Source: Candidatus Poribacteria bacterium
GTDB lineage: Bacteria; Poribacteria; WGA-4E; WGA-3G
DNA: 64,000 nt
Reading direction: 5' to 3'
Assembly (NCBI GenBank): GCA_965205065.1
Contig: CBDBFT010000001.1
Location: 1,817,782 to 1,881,781, forward strand
Part shown: positions 20,401-30,342 of the stretch, piece after piece
Layout: the number at the start of each line of letters is the position of its first letter
Position numbering within the stretch: the stretch's first letter is position 1
Notes under the pieces: generated by a model
What the model saw: the letters and a program-made list of their open reading frames with translations, nothing else
Told to the model about the DNA's origin: nothing
The model's database searches: none
Program-made: the position numbers and the translations under genes

Positions 20401-20772
20401 CCTACACTTGGATTAATTAAAGAGACACTTGAGAAAAAAAGAGGAATTACTATTACTGATGAAGTGTTTCGCTATGCAGTTGAAGAAGCAATCAGAATTG
20501 GAATGATTGCTTCAGAAGATTCATTAATTAATGGATTTTACAATGTTCGTGTGCGGCAACCTAAGTGGATGCGTCATACAGATTCTCATCTTACAGATAT
20601 GGAAATTCAAGATCTACCTGAAACAGTTGCCGATTTGTTTGAAATAGCCCCTGAACTTGATTTTAAATATCGCATTACAATTACTGCTGAAGGTGATCAA
20701 CCTTCAGATGAGGTGTTGAAAGAGATCAATGAGGCACTTCAGAAGGTTACAGAGGAATTGAAATTTGATTAA
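17422..20772 (+). CDS. DUF499-family (COG1483) P-loop ATPase, BrxC/PglY-like
   Basis: N-terminal region EFAADLYAV...PNLFFDRTYPTYKLKTL...VITVQVAYGGGKTHALIALLHL matches the DUF499 N-terminus and its Walker-A variant GGGKTH. Walker B-like LILLDEALMY. Length 1116 aa, typical for BrxC-like proteins. Confidence 0.8.
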   Translation: MDKNVWYEHCKLRDDVRKDKLELSEFAADLYAVRMKNAPEVYQSPNLFFDRTYPTYKLKTLVRDVLRRLADEGGTPVITVQVAYGGGKTHALIALLHLAEQGHEFQTHTTVREFMLFSGLDAVPNARVALLPFDKFDVKNGLSVIGPGGKSRQVKTPWGALAYQLAGDVGFAMVAKHEADYINPAEQTLVELIKAPQKDNLSTLILLDEALMYTRAAVNDDSKRIGILHDFFQALTQAVDKVDRAAIVASLITSNIIANDPTGISVLDMLEGVFRRLEESVEPVSRSDVSELLRRRLFESIATEEEIRAIVDRHIAAMQKLPLRATQKDQEAYDRLVKSYPFHPDLIEVFYQKWTQLDKFQGTRGMFRTFALLLRDGEGEDEAAFVGPSALLGSDDELSDAIQELIKACEEGTTKWTPILTGELDKARDIQSTMPLLKSREAETAVLSTFLHSQPMGQKAELADLYLLLAHADIDAMSVEKGISEWRKVSWFLKENDNSWALGTNPNLTRMHDRAMGRLTEEQINENLTKRIRDAYLGRNSDKVDFHNLPQSPADISDNTDLHFVIAGPELTAVPGEEVSKNLAAFFDRTYSNNVIVLAPENSLLAGLRQRIRRILGWENIESGDDMDMLNKNEPLIELLKQRKEEDGSGITESVISAYSVLIALDEDGEIKAHALSPGAELPFERVKEFLVKQDRLLTTSLDPYLLTPESYFELWGEDDTAKPVQELYGMFANLSRLSRMLNRQVFVDTLQRGVTDGKIVLRTVRGDGSHQTFWREVPTDENFKEKSLEIVPLEHAELHNLSPELLLSDKLPEVWQGENGTTTVGTIREFFEGNIAPKLASDDILFDAIKSAVQNGLLMARLKDKAYLKENIPDIEINDDLELLAPLKSISGSEIGHKTLSDAWENETTSISKIMDALAVSKGTPIPWSLIHAAVNDGLSKNLFEFTEDSPIWPCSVNEADKVGLKVSKAPVKIAPKDLIGNDAEDAWESGQPTLGLIKETLEKKRGITITDEVFRYAVEEAIRIGMIASEDSLINGFYNVRVRQPKWMRHTDSHLTDMEIQDLPETVADLFEIAPELDFKYRITITAEGDQPSDEVLKEINEALQKVTEELKFD

Positions 20773-21065
20773 GAAGTTTTTATCTTTGAACAATAGACAT
20801 TATAATGATTTAATTAGAATGTGTCTGATAGCACCAAGGTCTGAAGTATAGTCGAAAGTTGTGTAAACCACAGCAAGTCTCCATAATTACGTCACTGAAA
20901 CCATTCACCCAGTTGTGCAACTTATCTTTTACGATGTGGCATCTCTTGGTACTAATAAAATTGACGAAAACACAAAAAGGCAAACTTATACCATTTCTAA
21001 TTGCAATAGTTTCGCCAAAAACAGACATTCTATTAGATTGATCTTGAATTCTGGAGGGTTTTCTC

Positions 21066-21482
21066 TTAAATAATGATACCAAGTTCGGTTTTCCCGATTT
21101 TTAAGATGTCATAAACGTACCCATTGATGCGAAATCTCGCAAATAAGGCGATCGTTAGATTTACCATTTCCACACTCTTCGAAACGATAATAGACTTGCG
21201 CTTAAAACGCCCAAACCAATGCCGCATCAAACAATTGTTGCGTTCAATACCGTGCGTTTCTGCTTTGTCCTGAACTAACTTATCTTTGGGCAGAACCGAT
21301 TCATAAACCTGATAGTTATCCGTATAATAAACCTTCACATCCCATTTTTCCAAACGAGTCATTAGTTTCTTCAATGTCGCTTTATCCCGATCACCACACT
21401 CCCAGGCAATAAGTTCTCCAGTATCACGACACAAAGCTTTCCATATCCAGAGTTTCTGCTTTTTTTTTTCAAATAGTGCCAC
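21066..21482 (-). CDS. insB: IS1-family InsB (catalytic part; produced as an InsAB' fusion by -1 frameshifting)
   Basis: Overlaps insA in the -1 frame at the A-run. Length and position are typical of IS1 InsB. Confidence 0.7.
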   Translation of the reverse strand: MALFEKKKQKLWIWKALCRDTGELIAWECGDRDKATLKKLMTRLEKWDVKVYYTDNYQVYESVLPKDKLVQDKAETHGIERNNCLMRHWFGRFKRKSIIVSKSVEMVNLTIALFARFRINGYVYDILKIGKTELGIII

Positions 21483-21856
21483 ATCTCATCAAGTTCAAGC
21501 ACGACAGTATCGGTTTCCTGGGGTTCAGGGGGTTTCGCATGTTCAGCACCGAATTTTCTTATCCATTCAAGGATAGTGGAAGGGGAGGCTTGAAGCATTT
21601 TTGCGATGGCGTTCATAGAAAGTCCATGGCAATAGAGAAAAACTGCAAGTGCTTTCTCAGCAAGGGGTCTTCCCCGGTATGTGTGGTTTTCTGTCCACTG
21701 ATAGTTGCAATCTTTACATTTATACCTTTGTTTATCGTTGACGCGTCCATTTTTGACGAAGTGTGGGTGTTGACATCTTGGGCAATTCATGTGAGTTTCC
21801 TCCTGATGGGTGTATAGGTTTACTTTTAGCATAGTCTGCTTTTTTATATGTGTCAA
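21371..21856 (-). CDS. insA: IS1-family InsA (zinc-finger/HTH regulator, N-terminal part of the transposase)
   Basis: CPRCQHPHFVKNGRVNDKQRYKCKDCNYQW zinc finger; the remainder is similar to IS1 InsA. Confidence 0.75.
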   Translation of the reverse strand: MTHIKKQTMLKVNLYTHQEETHMNCPRCQHPHFVKNGRVNDKQRYKCKDCNYQWTENHTYRGRPLAEKALAVFLYCHGLSMNAIAKMLQASPSTILEWIRKFGAEHAKPPEPQETDTVVLELDEMWHYLKKKSRNSGYGKLCVVILENLLPGSVVIGIKRH

Positions 21857-21993
21857 GAAAAATATTGTAATTTGCTTGACACTTTTTTAGACAGTTGTTA
21901 TACTACTTAAATACTGAATAGGCAATGAGGCAAGAGCGGTACGAGGGAACTCTGTCTCATTATTTTACCGAAAACCCTCGAATTCTGAAGCGT

Positions 21994-22265
21994 CCCACAT
22001 TCCGTTAGATTGTGCTTCTTTTGTAGCACATTCTGTTAGATTGTGCTTCTTTTGTAGCACATTCTGTTAGATTGTGCTTCTTTTGTAGCACATTCTGTTA
22101 GATTGTGCTTCTTTTGTAGCACATTCTGTTAGATTGTGCTTCTTTTGTAGCACATTCTGTTAGATTGTGCCTCTTTGTGTAGCACATTCTGTTAGATTGT
22201 GCTTCTTTTGTAGCACATTCTGTTAGATTGTGCTTCTTTTGTAGCACATTCTGTTAGATTGTGCC
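21994..22265. repeat. Spacerless tandem array, ~9 units of the 31-bp repeat TGTAGCACATTCTGTTAGATTGTGCTTCTTT (family A)
   Basis: Exact 31-bp periodicity (units starting 22023, 22054, 22085, 22116, 22147, 22179, 22210, 22241, plus a degenerate first unit). No intervening unique spacers. The array ends in a hairpin-capable tail CTGTTAGATTGTGCCGTTCTCAGTTTCATTTCTAACAG. Confidence 0.9.
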
Positions 22266-22406
22266 GTTCTCAGTTTCATTTCTAACAGATGAAAGTACAA
22301 TCAAACATATTATCCTGGAAATCCTATAAATCCTGTAAATCCTGGTTCAGACAAAAAGAAACGGAACAACTCATAGCTGGTCCTAATAGAAGGTAGGAAG
22401 GTAACA

Positions 22407-23420
22407 CTATTCCTGCTGAGTATTCCCTTTAAACACAGCATATAGATACCAAAAGGCTGGTGCTAATACCACACCACCAACTATGATAATAATCAATACA
22501 GGCATTAGCACTGAATCTGGAGCAGCAGAATTCGAAAAATTAAGGTTCGGTGCTACAAGGTAAGGATACTGTGCGAAACCCCACCCCAGAATTACCAATG
22601 ATACTTGTATAGGTACAAGAATTCGGGCAAACTGATAATAGCGGGTCCAAATCGTATAGATTGCTGCAATAGAAGTGACGCCTGTTAAGATATGAAAAGG
22701 TATTGACCAGAAACTATTACCTAATCCTTGTCGGATTGTAGGGGCACCCTTAGTAGAGAGTAAAAAACTAATGCCTGCTATAATACCTACACTGATTGCT
22801 GCAATGAGAGCACGCAAACGAAAATCTTCCTGCAATGCTATATCTTCAGTTTCAAGCGTCAGATATACCGCCGCCGTCAATGCACACAGCGTTAAAGTGA
22901 AAAAACCTATGGCAATCGGAAATGGAGCAAACCACGATGAAAAATAATCTGTAGCAACAGCACCTGTTTCAATATCTACAAGAATCGTGCCTGATGCAAC
23001 CGCACCCAGATTAATGCCTAACATGATCGGGGTGATGATGCTCCCAATAGCGAACACACGACTCCACTTCGTTTGTGTTGTATCCGATTGATCATCGTAG
23101 GTTCGGAAAACGAATGCAGTACCTCGTAGAACAATGCCAATTAGCATAAGGGTTAGCGGTATATGTAAAGCAGTACCGATTGTAGCAAATGCCAAAGGAA
23201 AAGCAACGAATAGAAGTACCACTATCACGATAAGCCAGACATGATTCGCTTCCCATATCGGTGCTATAGCGTTTTTTATGAGTTCACGTTGGGTTTTTGC
23301 TCTCGGACCAATCGCAAACATATCCCAGATGCCACCACCAAAGTCAGCACCACCTGTTAGCATATAGATAATTAGTGAGATTAACATCACACCTGCTATC
23401 GCAATCTCATAACTCATCAT
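22407..23420 (-). CDS. cydB: Cytochrome bd-type quinol oxidase subunit II
   Basis: NAIAPIWEANHVWLIVIVVLLFVAFPLAFA... aligns closely with E. coli CydB ([31 protein letters not shown]...). Multi-pass membrane protein of ~337 aa. The start is probably the MMSYE ATG at 23420. Confidence 0.8.
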   Translation of the reverse strand: MMSYEIAIAGVMLISLIIYMLTGGADFGGGIWDMFAIGPRAKTQRELIKNAIAPIWEANHVWLIVIVVLLFVAFPLAFATIGTALHIPLTLMLIGIVLRGTAFVFRTYDDQSDTTQTKWSRVFAIGSIITPIMLGINLGAVASGTILVDIETGAVATDYFSSWFAPFPIAIGFFTLTLCALTAAVYLTLETEDIALQEDFRLRALIAAISVGIIAGISFLLSTKGAPTIRQGLGNSFWSIPFHILTGVTSIAAIYTIWTRYYQFARILVPIQVSLVILGWGFAQYPYLVAPNLNFSNSAAPDSVLMPVLIIIIVGGVVLAPAFWYLYAVFKGNTQQE

Positions 23421-23619
23421 GCCGATGTTTCTCATTATCGTACTTAACCATAAAAAGAGCATTACGGTTATAGTGAGGTGATTTCATGAATTGTCAATTC
23501 TCAATTATTCTCATTTACATAACAATTCTAACAGGAATTAGTCATGTGTGCAACGATTTATCATCTATACGCATTCATCTTGATTATTGCTGTAGCACAT
23601 TCTGTTAGATTGTGCTTCT

Positions 23620-23860
23620 TTCTACAATATCCACCCTTCCACTTTCACCTTTCCCTGTCTTCCATCCTTCCATCCTTCCATCCTTCCATCCTTCCCTCTT
23701 CCAACCTTCCCCCTCTTCCAACCTTCCAACCTTCCAACCTTCTCTCTTCCAACCTTCCCCTCTTCCATCCTTCCAACCTCTTCCAACCTTCCAACCTTCC
23801 CCCACTTCCACCTTCCAACCTCTTCCACCCTTCCCTCCTGCTTTGTAACTTGCTAAAATC
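23620..23860. repeat. ~240-bp polypyrimidine (C/T-only on + strand) heptad tract, (CCTTCCA/ACCTTCC)n
   Basis: Uninterrupted run of CCTTCCA-like heptamers ending ~120 bp upstream of the katG start. This produces the spurious low-complexity ORFs listed at 23544..23891. Confidence 0.9.
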
Positions 23861-23887
23861 ACCAACTTGTGTTAACATAATAGATAG

Positions 23888-26167
<2,280 letters not shown>

Positions 26168-26185
26168 ACTTTTCAAAAAAAGGAT

Positions 26186-26224
26186 AGGGGAGCGTGGTAA
26201 GGTTCACGCTCCCCTACCACTAAA
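26186..26224 (+). terminator. Strong GC-rich hairpin downstream of katG (AGGGGAGCGTG-loop-CACGCTCCCCT)
   Basis: An 11-bp perfect stem starts 25 bp after the katG stop. There is an A-run on the 5' side and no T-run 3' on the + strand, so it may function bidirectionally or mainly as a transcript-stabilising stem. Confidence 0.45.
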
Positions 26225-26294
26225 TCACGCTAAATATACCCTGTGATAAACAGGGAGAACATTCCATCCTATTCCTATTGTAAATCAGAACACA

Positions 26295-27620
26295 ATGAAA
26301 AACGATAAAAAATCTATCTTCGGTTGGTGCATGTACGATTGGGCAAATTCAGCTTATATTACCACCGTCCATGCAGCACTGTTACCGATCTATCTTGAGG
26401 AAGGTATTGTTGGGGAATCGGGTGTCGTGATCTTCGGTCAAACAGTGAGTGCCACATCACTCTGGGGTTATATGGTAGGACTCGCTGCGCTTATAGTTTT
26501 CCTGTTTGCTCCTGTGCTTGGATCAATTGCTGATTTTTCTTCAGCAAAGAAGCGGTTTCTTATCGGTTTTGCCTATTTCGGTAGTTTGTTTGCAACTTTA
26601 CTGTTTTTCTGTGAACCTGGATATGTATGGTTGTCTGTTATACTCTATATCGGTTCACAAGTCTGTTTTGTTGGGGGTAATGTATTCTATGATGCATTTT
26701 TGCCGCAGCTTGCTTCTGAGGACAAGATGGATTCAGTTTCTGCAAGAGGTTATGCCTTCGGTTATGTTGGGGGATCGATACAGTTCGGTATCGCGCTTGC
26801 GATTGTTGCAATGTATGACAAAATCGGTATTAGCGAAGATATGGCGGTGCGAATCAGCATGGCAATGACAGGTCTTTGGTGGGCAGGTTGGACGGTCATC
26901 ACCCTCCTATATTTAAGGGAAGAACGAACAGAGCAGCAACTACCTGAAATTTACCGTGATAGACCGAGGATTTCTGCTTATCTTTCATTGGGAATTAACC
27001 GGACTATCGCAACTGCGAAAAAGGTAGGCAGTTTCAAACATCTCTCCCTTTTTGTGATTGCTTATATGGTATACAATGATGGAGCACATACAGTTACAAG
27101 TATGGCAGTGATATATGGTACAGATGAGTTAGGGTTAGATACGACATCATTAATGGTGACACTCTTACTTGTCCAATTTGTTGCTATTGGAGGCGCGTTG
27201 ATATTTGGAAAAATCGCAAACTTTATTGGGGCAAAACGCGCGGTCATGGTTTCATTAGTTCTATGGAGCGGAGTCGTTATTTATGGATATTTTATTCAGA
27301 CTGTAACTGAATTTTTCGTCTTGGGAATGATCGTCGGGTTAGTGCTTGGTGGCACACAGGCACTCAGTCGTTCTTTCTATGGTGCGATGATTCCAGAACA
27401 AGCGAGTGCAGAGTTTTACGGATTCTTTTCTGTTTTTAGCAAGTTCTCTGCTATCTGGGGACCGATCACCTTTGGATTTATTAGGCAGATTACTGGAACT
27501 TCCCGTTTAGCGATTATTTCATTGATGGTTTTCTTTATCGGGGGGTTAATACTACTCTCATTTGTCAATGTCGAAAAAGCAAAGGCAGAGAAAATGGCAT
27601 TCGATATCAGTCATATATAA
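26295..27620 (+). CDS. MFS transporter, UMF1 family
   Basis: N-terminus GWCMYDWANSAYITT is typical of the UMF1 family; ~12 predicted transmembrane segments. Confidence 0.7.
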   Translation: MKNDKKSIFGWCMYDWANSAYITTVHAALLPIYLEEGIVGESGVVIFGQTVSATSLWGYMVGLAALIVFLFAPVLGSIADFSSAKKRFLIGFAYFGSLFATLLFFCEPGYVWLSVILYIGSQVCFVGGNVFYDAFLPQLASEDKMDSVSARGYAFGYVGGSIQFGIALAIVAMYDKIGISEDMAVRISMAMTGLWWAGWTVITLLYLREERTEQQLPEIYRDRPRISAYLSLGINRTIATAKKVGSFKHLSLFVIAYMVYNDGAHTVTSMAVIYGTDELGLDTTSLMVTLLLVQFVAIGGALIFGKIANFIGAKRAVMVSLVLWSGVVIYGYFIQTVTEFFVLGMIVGLVLGGTQALSRSFYGAMIPEQASAEFYGFFSVFSKFSAIWGPITFGFIRQITGTSRLAIISLMVFFIGGLILLSFVNVEKAKAEKMAFDISHI

Positions 27621-27671
27621 AAGAGAACAACATGCATTAGACATTATATGGTTGCGTAAAGTTATTGTCCC

Positions 27672-27790
27672 TACTATAAGTGTCAATTTTGTGATTTCAT
27701 AAGCTCTTAATAGTAGTAGGCACTCTCCGAGTGCCGTCTCTTCTGAATGGTAGTAGACACTTCCGAGTGCCGTACGACAGATTTTTAAAT
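27672..27790. repeat. Two copies of the 37-bp family-B hairpin repeat (AGTAGTAGGCACTCTCCGAGTGCCGTCTCTTC) with shared leader CTATAAGTGTCAATTTTGTGATTTCATAAGCTCTTAAT
   Basis: The same leader plus unit is found at 54925..54990 heading the 8-unit array. The units contain the perfect 7-bp inverted repeat GGCACTC-TCC-GAGTGCC. Confidence 0.85.
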
Positions 27791-27810
27791 ACAAACGTAG
27801 GAGAGTAACG

Positions 27811-30246
27811 ATGAATAATACATACAATTCCACGGATTTCTGGTATACATTTATAAACTCACTCTATAACGCGGGACTCTCTTATGGAAGAGGTGAGTTC
27901 AAGATGGACGACGAGTTGCAGGATAAATTTGTTACCTATCTAAAAGAAAAAATTGAGGATGGGATAACAGATGGTGAAACTGCACTTCCTCCCGGTCTTC
28001 ACAATTACTTTTGGCGGTTTCCTTTAGAAATGCTACCAAAAACACGAGAGTTAACCGACAGTGTTCTTAAGTCTGATCCGAAAAATGGCGTAGCAGCCTT
28101 ACTTCACACTCTGGTGGAAGTTTCTGATTGGGAAGCTAAAAACGACCCACATATAGATGAAAGCCTGAAACCAATACCGAATGACCCTTGTATGAATTTG
28201 GCAGTGATAGACCAATATAGAATGAATCCCGTTTTTGGGAGCATTGAGAGAGAAATAAGAATCATCGGGGTTCTTGAAAACTTTTACGCATGGGCAAAAC
28301 GCCAAGACGATTCAGCACGTTATCAAGAGGCACGTTCATTCTATCTACAACATAGAGTAACTCCCTATACAGTGTATAGACGACTCAAAGATCAACTTCA
28401 GTTCCTCAAGGGACATCTTGAAGCTTCTGATATCCCCGCAGAAAGTAATCCAGATGTTCAAAGATATAAAGAACTCATCAAGAAATGTAGAGGTTTAGTC
28501 AATAAGGAAAATGCTGCATTTCGGAAAAATTTTAGTCAGAAATCGGCAGAGGAACAAGATTTAGTTGATGCAACATCAGATAATATAGATATATGGGAGG
28601 CGTATCTAAAATCGCTTGAAAACCGAAAAAATGCTCCGCCAAAAAGACTCACGCAGAATGACCAACAACAACTTCTGGAGTTCCTTAAAACGAAAATTGA
28701 AGCGGGAGTGATTGACGGTAAAACAACACTGCCACCAGATCTACAAGATTACATCTCTGATTTTCCTGAAGCGATGCATCTGGAACTCCGTGAATTTGCT
28801 GAAGAGGTGCTTGAAGTCCAACCTGATAACGGAGCTGCGACTAAGATATTAGCAATTATTGTGTGGGAAAATAAAAATGTCAGATTTGGGGAATCCGACA
28901 GAGACCTTATCCTACTTGAACAAGCAATGAATTTAGCACACAAGGATACTGAAATTTGCTTTTTTGCCATAAGAAAATACGATAAGGACTATGATCCACT
29001 GTTTCATCTCACACTCACTGCACTTGAGAGGTTGTTTAAACGATCAAACCGGCAAGGTGAGTCGGGGCTGTACGGTTGGTTGGTAAAACTGTATAATGAG
29101 ATAGGCAGAACACCGTGTCATATCTATCGTTCGCTCATGAGAAATCCTGATGCAAATACCGAACTTATTTCAAGATGTATACCTTTGATAACTAAAATGC
29201 AACATGCCTTTCAGGATAAACTATCAGATGTACCAGATGACTGGTACGCTTTACGCGGTCTCGGTGATATTTATCAGACTTTGGGAGAAACCGAATTATC
29301 AAAAAAATATCCGTGGGCAGGTCATAAAGATCTAATAGAAGTTAAGTGGAAACAGCAAGCGTGGGAGGGGTTAGAACTTCCCAATTTTTCTGCGACTGCA
29401 CTTGATGGCACACCTATTTCTGTCTCGGATTACCGTGGCAAAATGGTGGTACTAAATTTCTGTGCAAAGTGGTGCGGTTTCTGTGAACCAGAAATTCCAT
29501 ATCTTAAAGAAGTCTATGCGGAATATCACGATAAAGGATTAGAGGTGATTGGCGTGAGCCTTGATGAAAATGAAAATGAAATACGGGAGTTTACGGAAGA
29601 ACACGAAATCCCTTGGCTACAGATATTTGATGGCAAAGGTTCGAAAAGCGAACTGGCACAATTTTTTGGCGTTACCAAGGTGCCTTCACAATGGTTGATT
29701 GACAGAGATGGAACGATTCTTTCTGTTGATACAAGAGGCGAACAACTTAGTCAACTTGTGAAATGGACAGAAGCTACACGTATAGGCAACATGATTCCAG
29801 ATTTTAATGCAGTTGATGTGGATGGAAAAACTGTTTCAAACGCTACATTGAAGGGGAAAGTCGCACTTCTCTATTTTGGTTACATGCATCAAGAACCAGA
29901 ACTCGAATTCATTGATGAACTATACATAAAACATCATGAAAACGGGTTTGAAGCAATAGGTTTCGACGTTGGCGGCTGGTGGAGAGATTATGAGGAAGAA
30001 CTGCGCGACTTCATACGCAGAGAAAAACATCAAGGATGTTATATCTACGCAGATCAGGATGGAGAACACGCTGCAGTGGGTGAGTTGTTTGGGTTCGGTC
30101 ATAGTTCATTAAGTCGTAAAGTTGAACTACCTGCATTCATACTCATTAATACGAATGGAAAAGTCATTGACGCACGCACTGGAAAAGTCCATTCACCTGA
30201 AGCATGGGCAACAAGACTGGAAAAACTTATTACTGACAATCTTTAG
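27811..30246 (+). CDS. 811-aa protein with an internally duplicated N-terminal region and two C-terminal TlpA/thioredoxin-like domains (first with a WCGFC CxxC active site)
   Basis: WCGFCEPEIPYLKEVYAEYHDKGLEVIGVSLDEN (TlpA/ResA-like). A second thioredoxin-like segment (ALLYFGYMHQEPELEF) lacks CxxC. The N-terminal repeats are DELQDKFVTYLKEKIEDGITDGETALPPGL and LLEFLKTKIEAGVIDGKTTLPPDL. Confidence 0.6.
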   Translation: MNNTYNSTDFWYTFINSLYNAGLSYGRGEFKMDDELQDKFVTYLKEKIEDGITDGETALPPGLHNYFWRFPLEMLPKTRELTDSVLKSDPKNGVAALLHTLVEVSDWEAKNDPHIDESLKPIPNDPCMNLAVIDQYRMNPVFGSIEREIRIIGVLENFYAWAKRQDDSARYQEARSFYLQHRVTPYTVYRRLKDQLQFLKGHLEASDIPAESNPDVQRYKELIKKCRGLVNKENAAFRKNFSQKSAEEQDLVDATSDNIDIWEAYLKSLENRKNAPPKRLTQNDQQQLLEFLKTKIEAGVIDGKTTLPPDLQDYISDFPEAMHLELREFAEEVLEVQPDNGAATKILAIIVWENKNVRFGESDRDLILLEQAMNLAHKDTEICFFAIRKYDKDYDPLFHLTLTALERLFKRSNRQGESGLYGWLVKLYNEIGRTPCHIYRSLMRNPDANTELISRCIPLITKMQHAFQDKLSDVPDDWYALRGLGDIYQTLGETELSKKYPWAGHKDLIEVKWKQQAWEGLELPNFSATALDGTPISVSDYRGKMVVLNFCAKWCGFCEPEIPYLKEVYAEYHDKGLEVIGVSLDENENEIREFTEEHEIPWLQIFDGKGSKSELAQFFGVTKVPSQWLIDRDGTILSVDTRGEQLSQLVKWTEATRIGNMIPDFNAVDVDGKTVSNATLKGKVALLYFGYMHQEPELEFIDELYIKHHENGFEAIGFDVGGWWRDYEEELRDFIRREKHQGCYIYADQDGEHAAVGELFGFGHSSLSRKVELPAFILINTNGKVIDARTGKVHSPEAWATRLEKLITDNL

Positions 30247-30342
30247 AGAACTGTTAATCTGTCTGCCAACGAAATGATCACATGATACCTTTGTATACTT
30301 TTAATCTTGATTTCAACTACCCATATAATTGTCAGGTCAAAA

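Larger units (their letters stand above)
21040..21985 (-). mobile_element. IS1-family insertion sequence (insA-insB with -1 frameshift site), with imperfect terminal inverted repeats
   Basis: The 161-aa InsA has a zinc finger (CPRCQ...CKDC) and a helix-turn-helix. The overlapping 138-aa InsB-like ORF lies in the -1 frame. A run of 10 A (poly-T on + at ~21466..21475) sits in the overlap = slippery site. Terminal repeats are GAAAACCCTC(C)AGAATTC at ~21043..21068 and ~21957..21982 in inverted orientation. Confidence 0.8.

Noticed and set aside
21994-22265. Possible CRISPR array (regular ~31-bp repeats)
   Set aside because: Units abut directly with no unique spacers, and no cas genes are nearby, so this is a satellite-like tandem repeat. 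The same holds for the 37-bp array at 54952..55256.
26295-27620. Possibility that the MFS transporter, katG and the thioredoxin protein form an oxidative-stress accessory island
   Set aside because: They are only co-located; each has its own promoter-sized gap, and there is no mobility signature other than generic repeats. Insufficient evidence.
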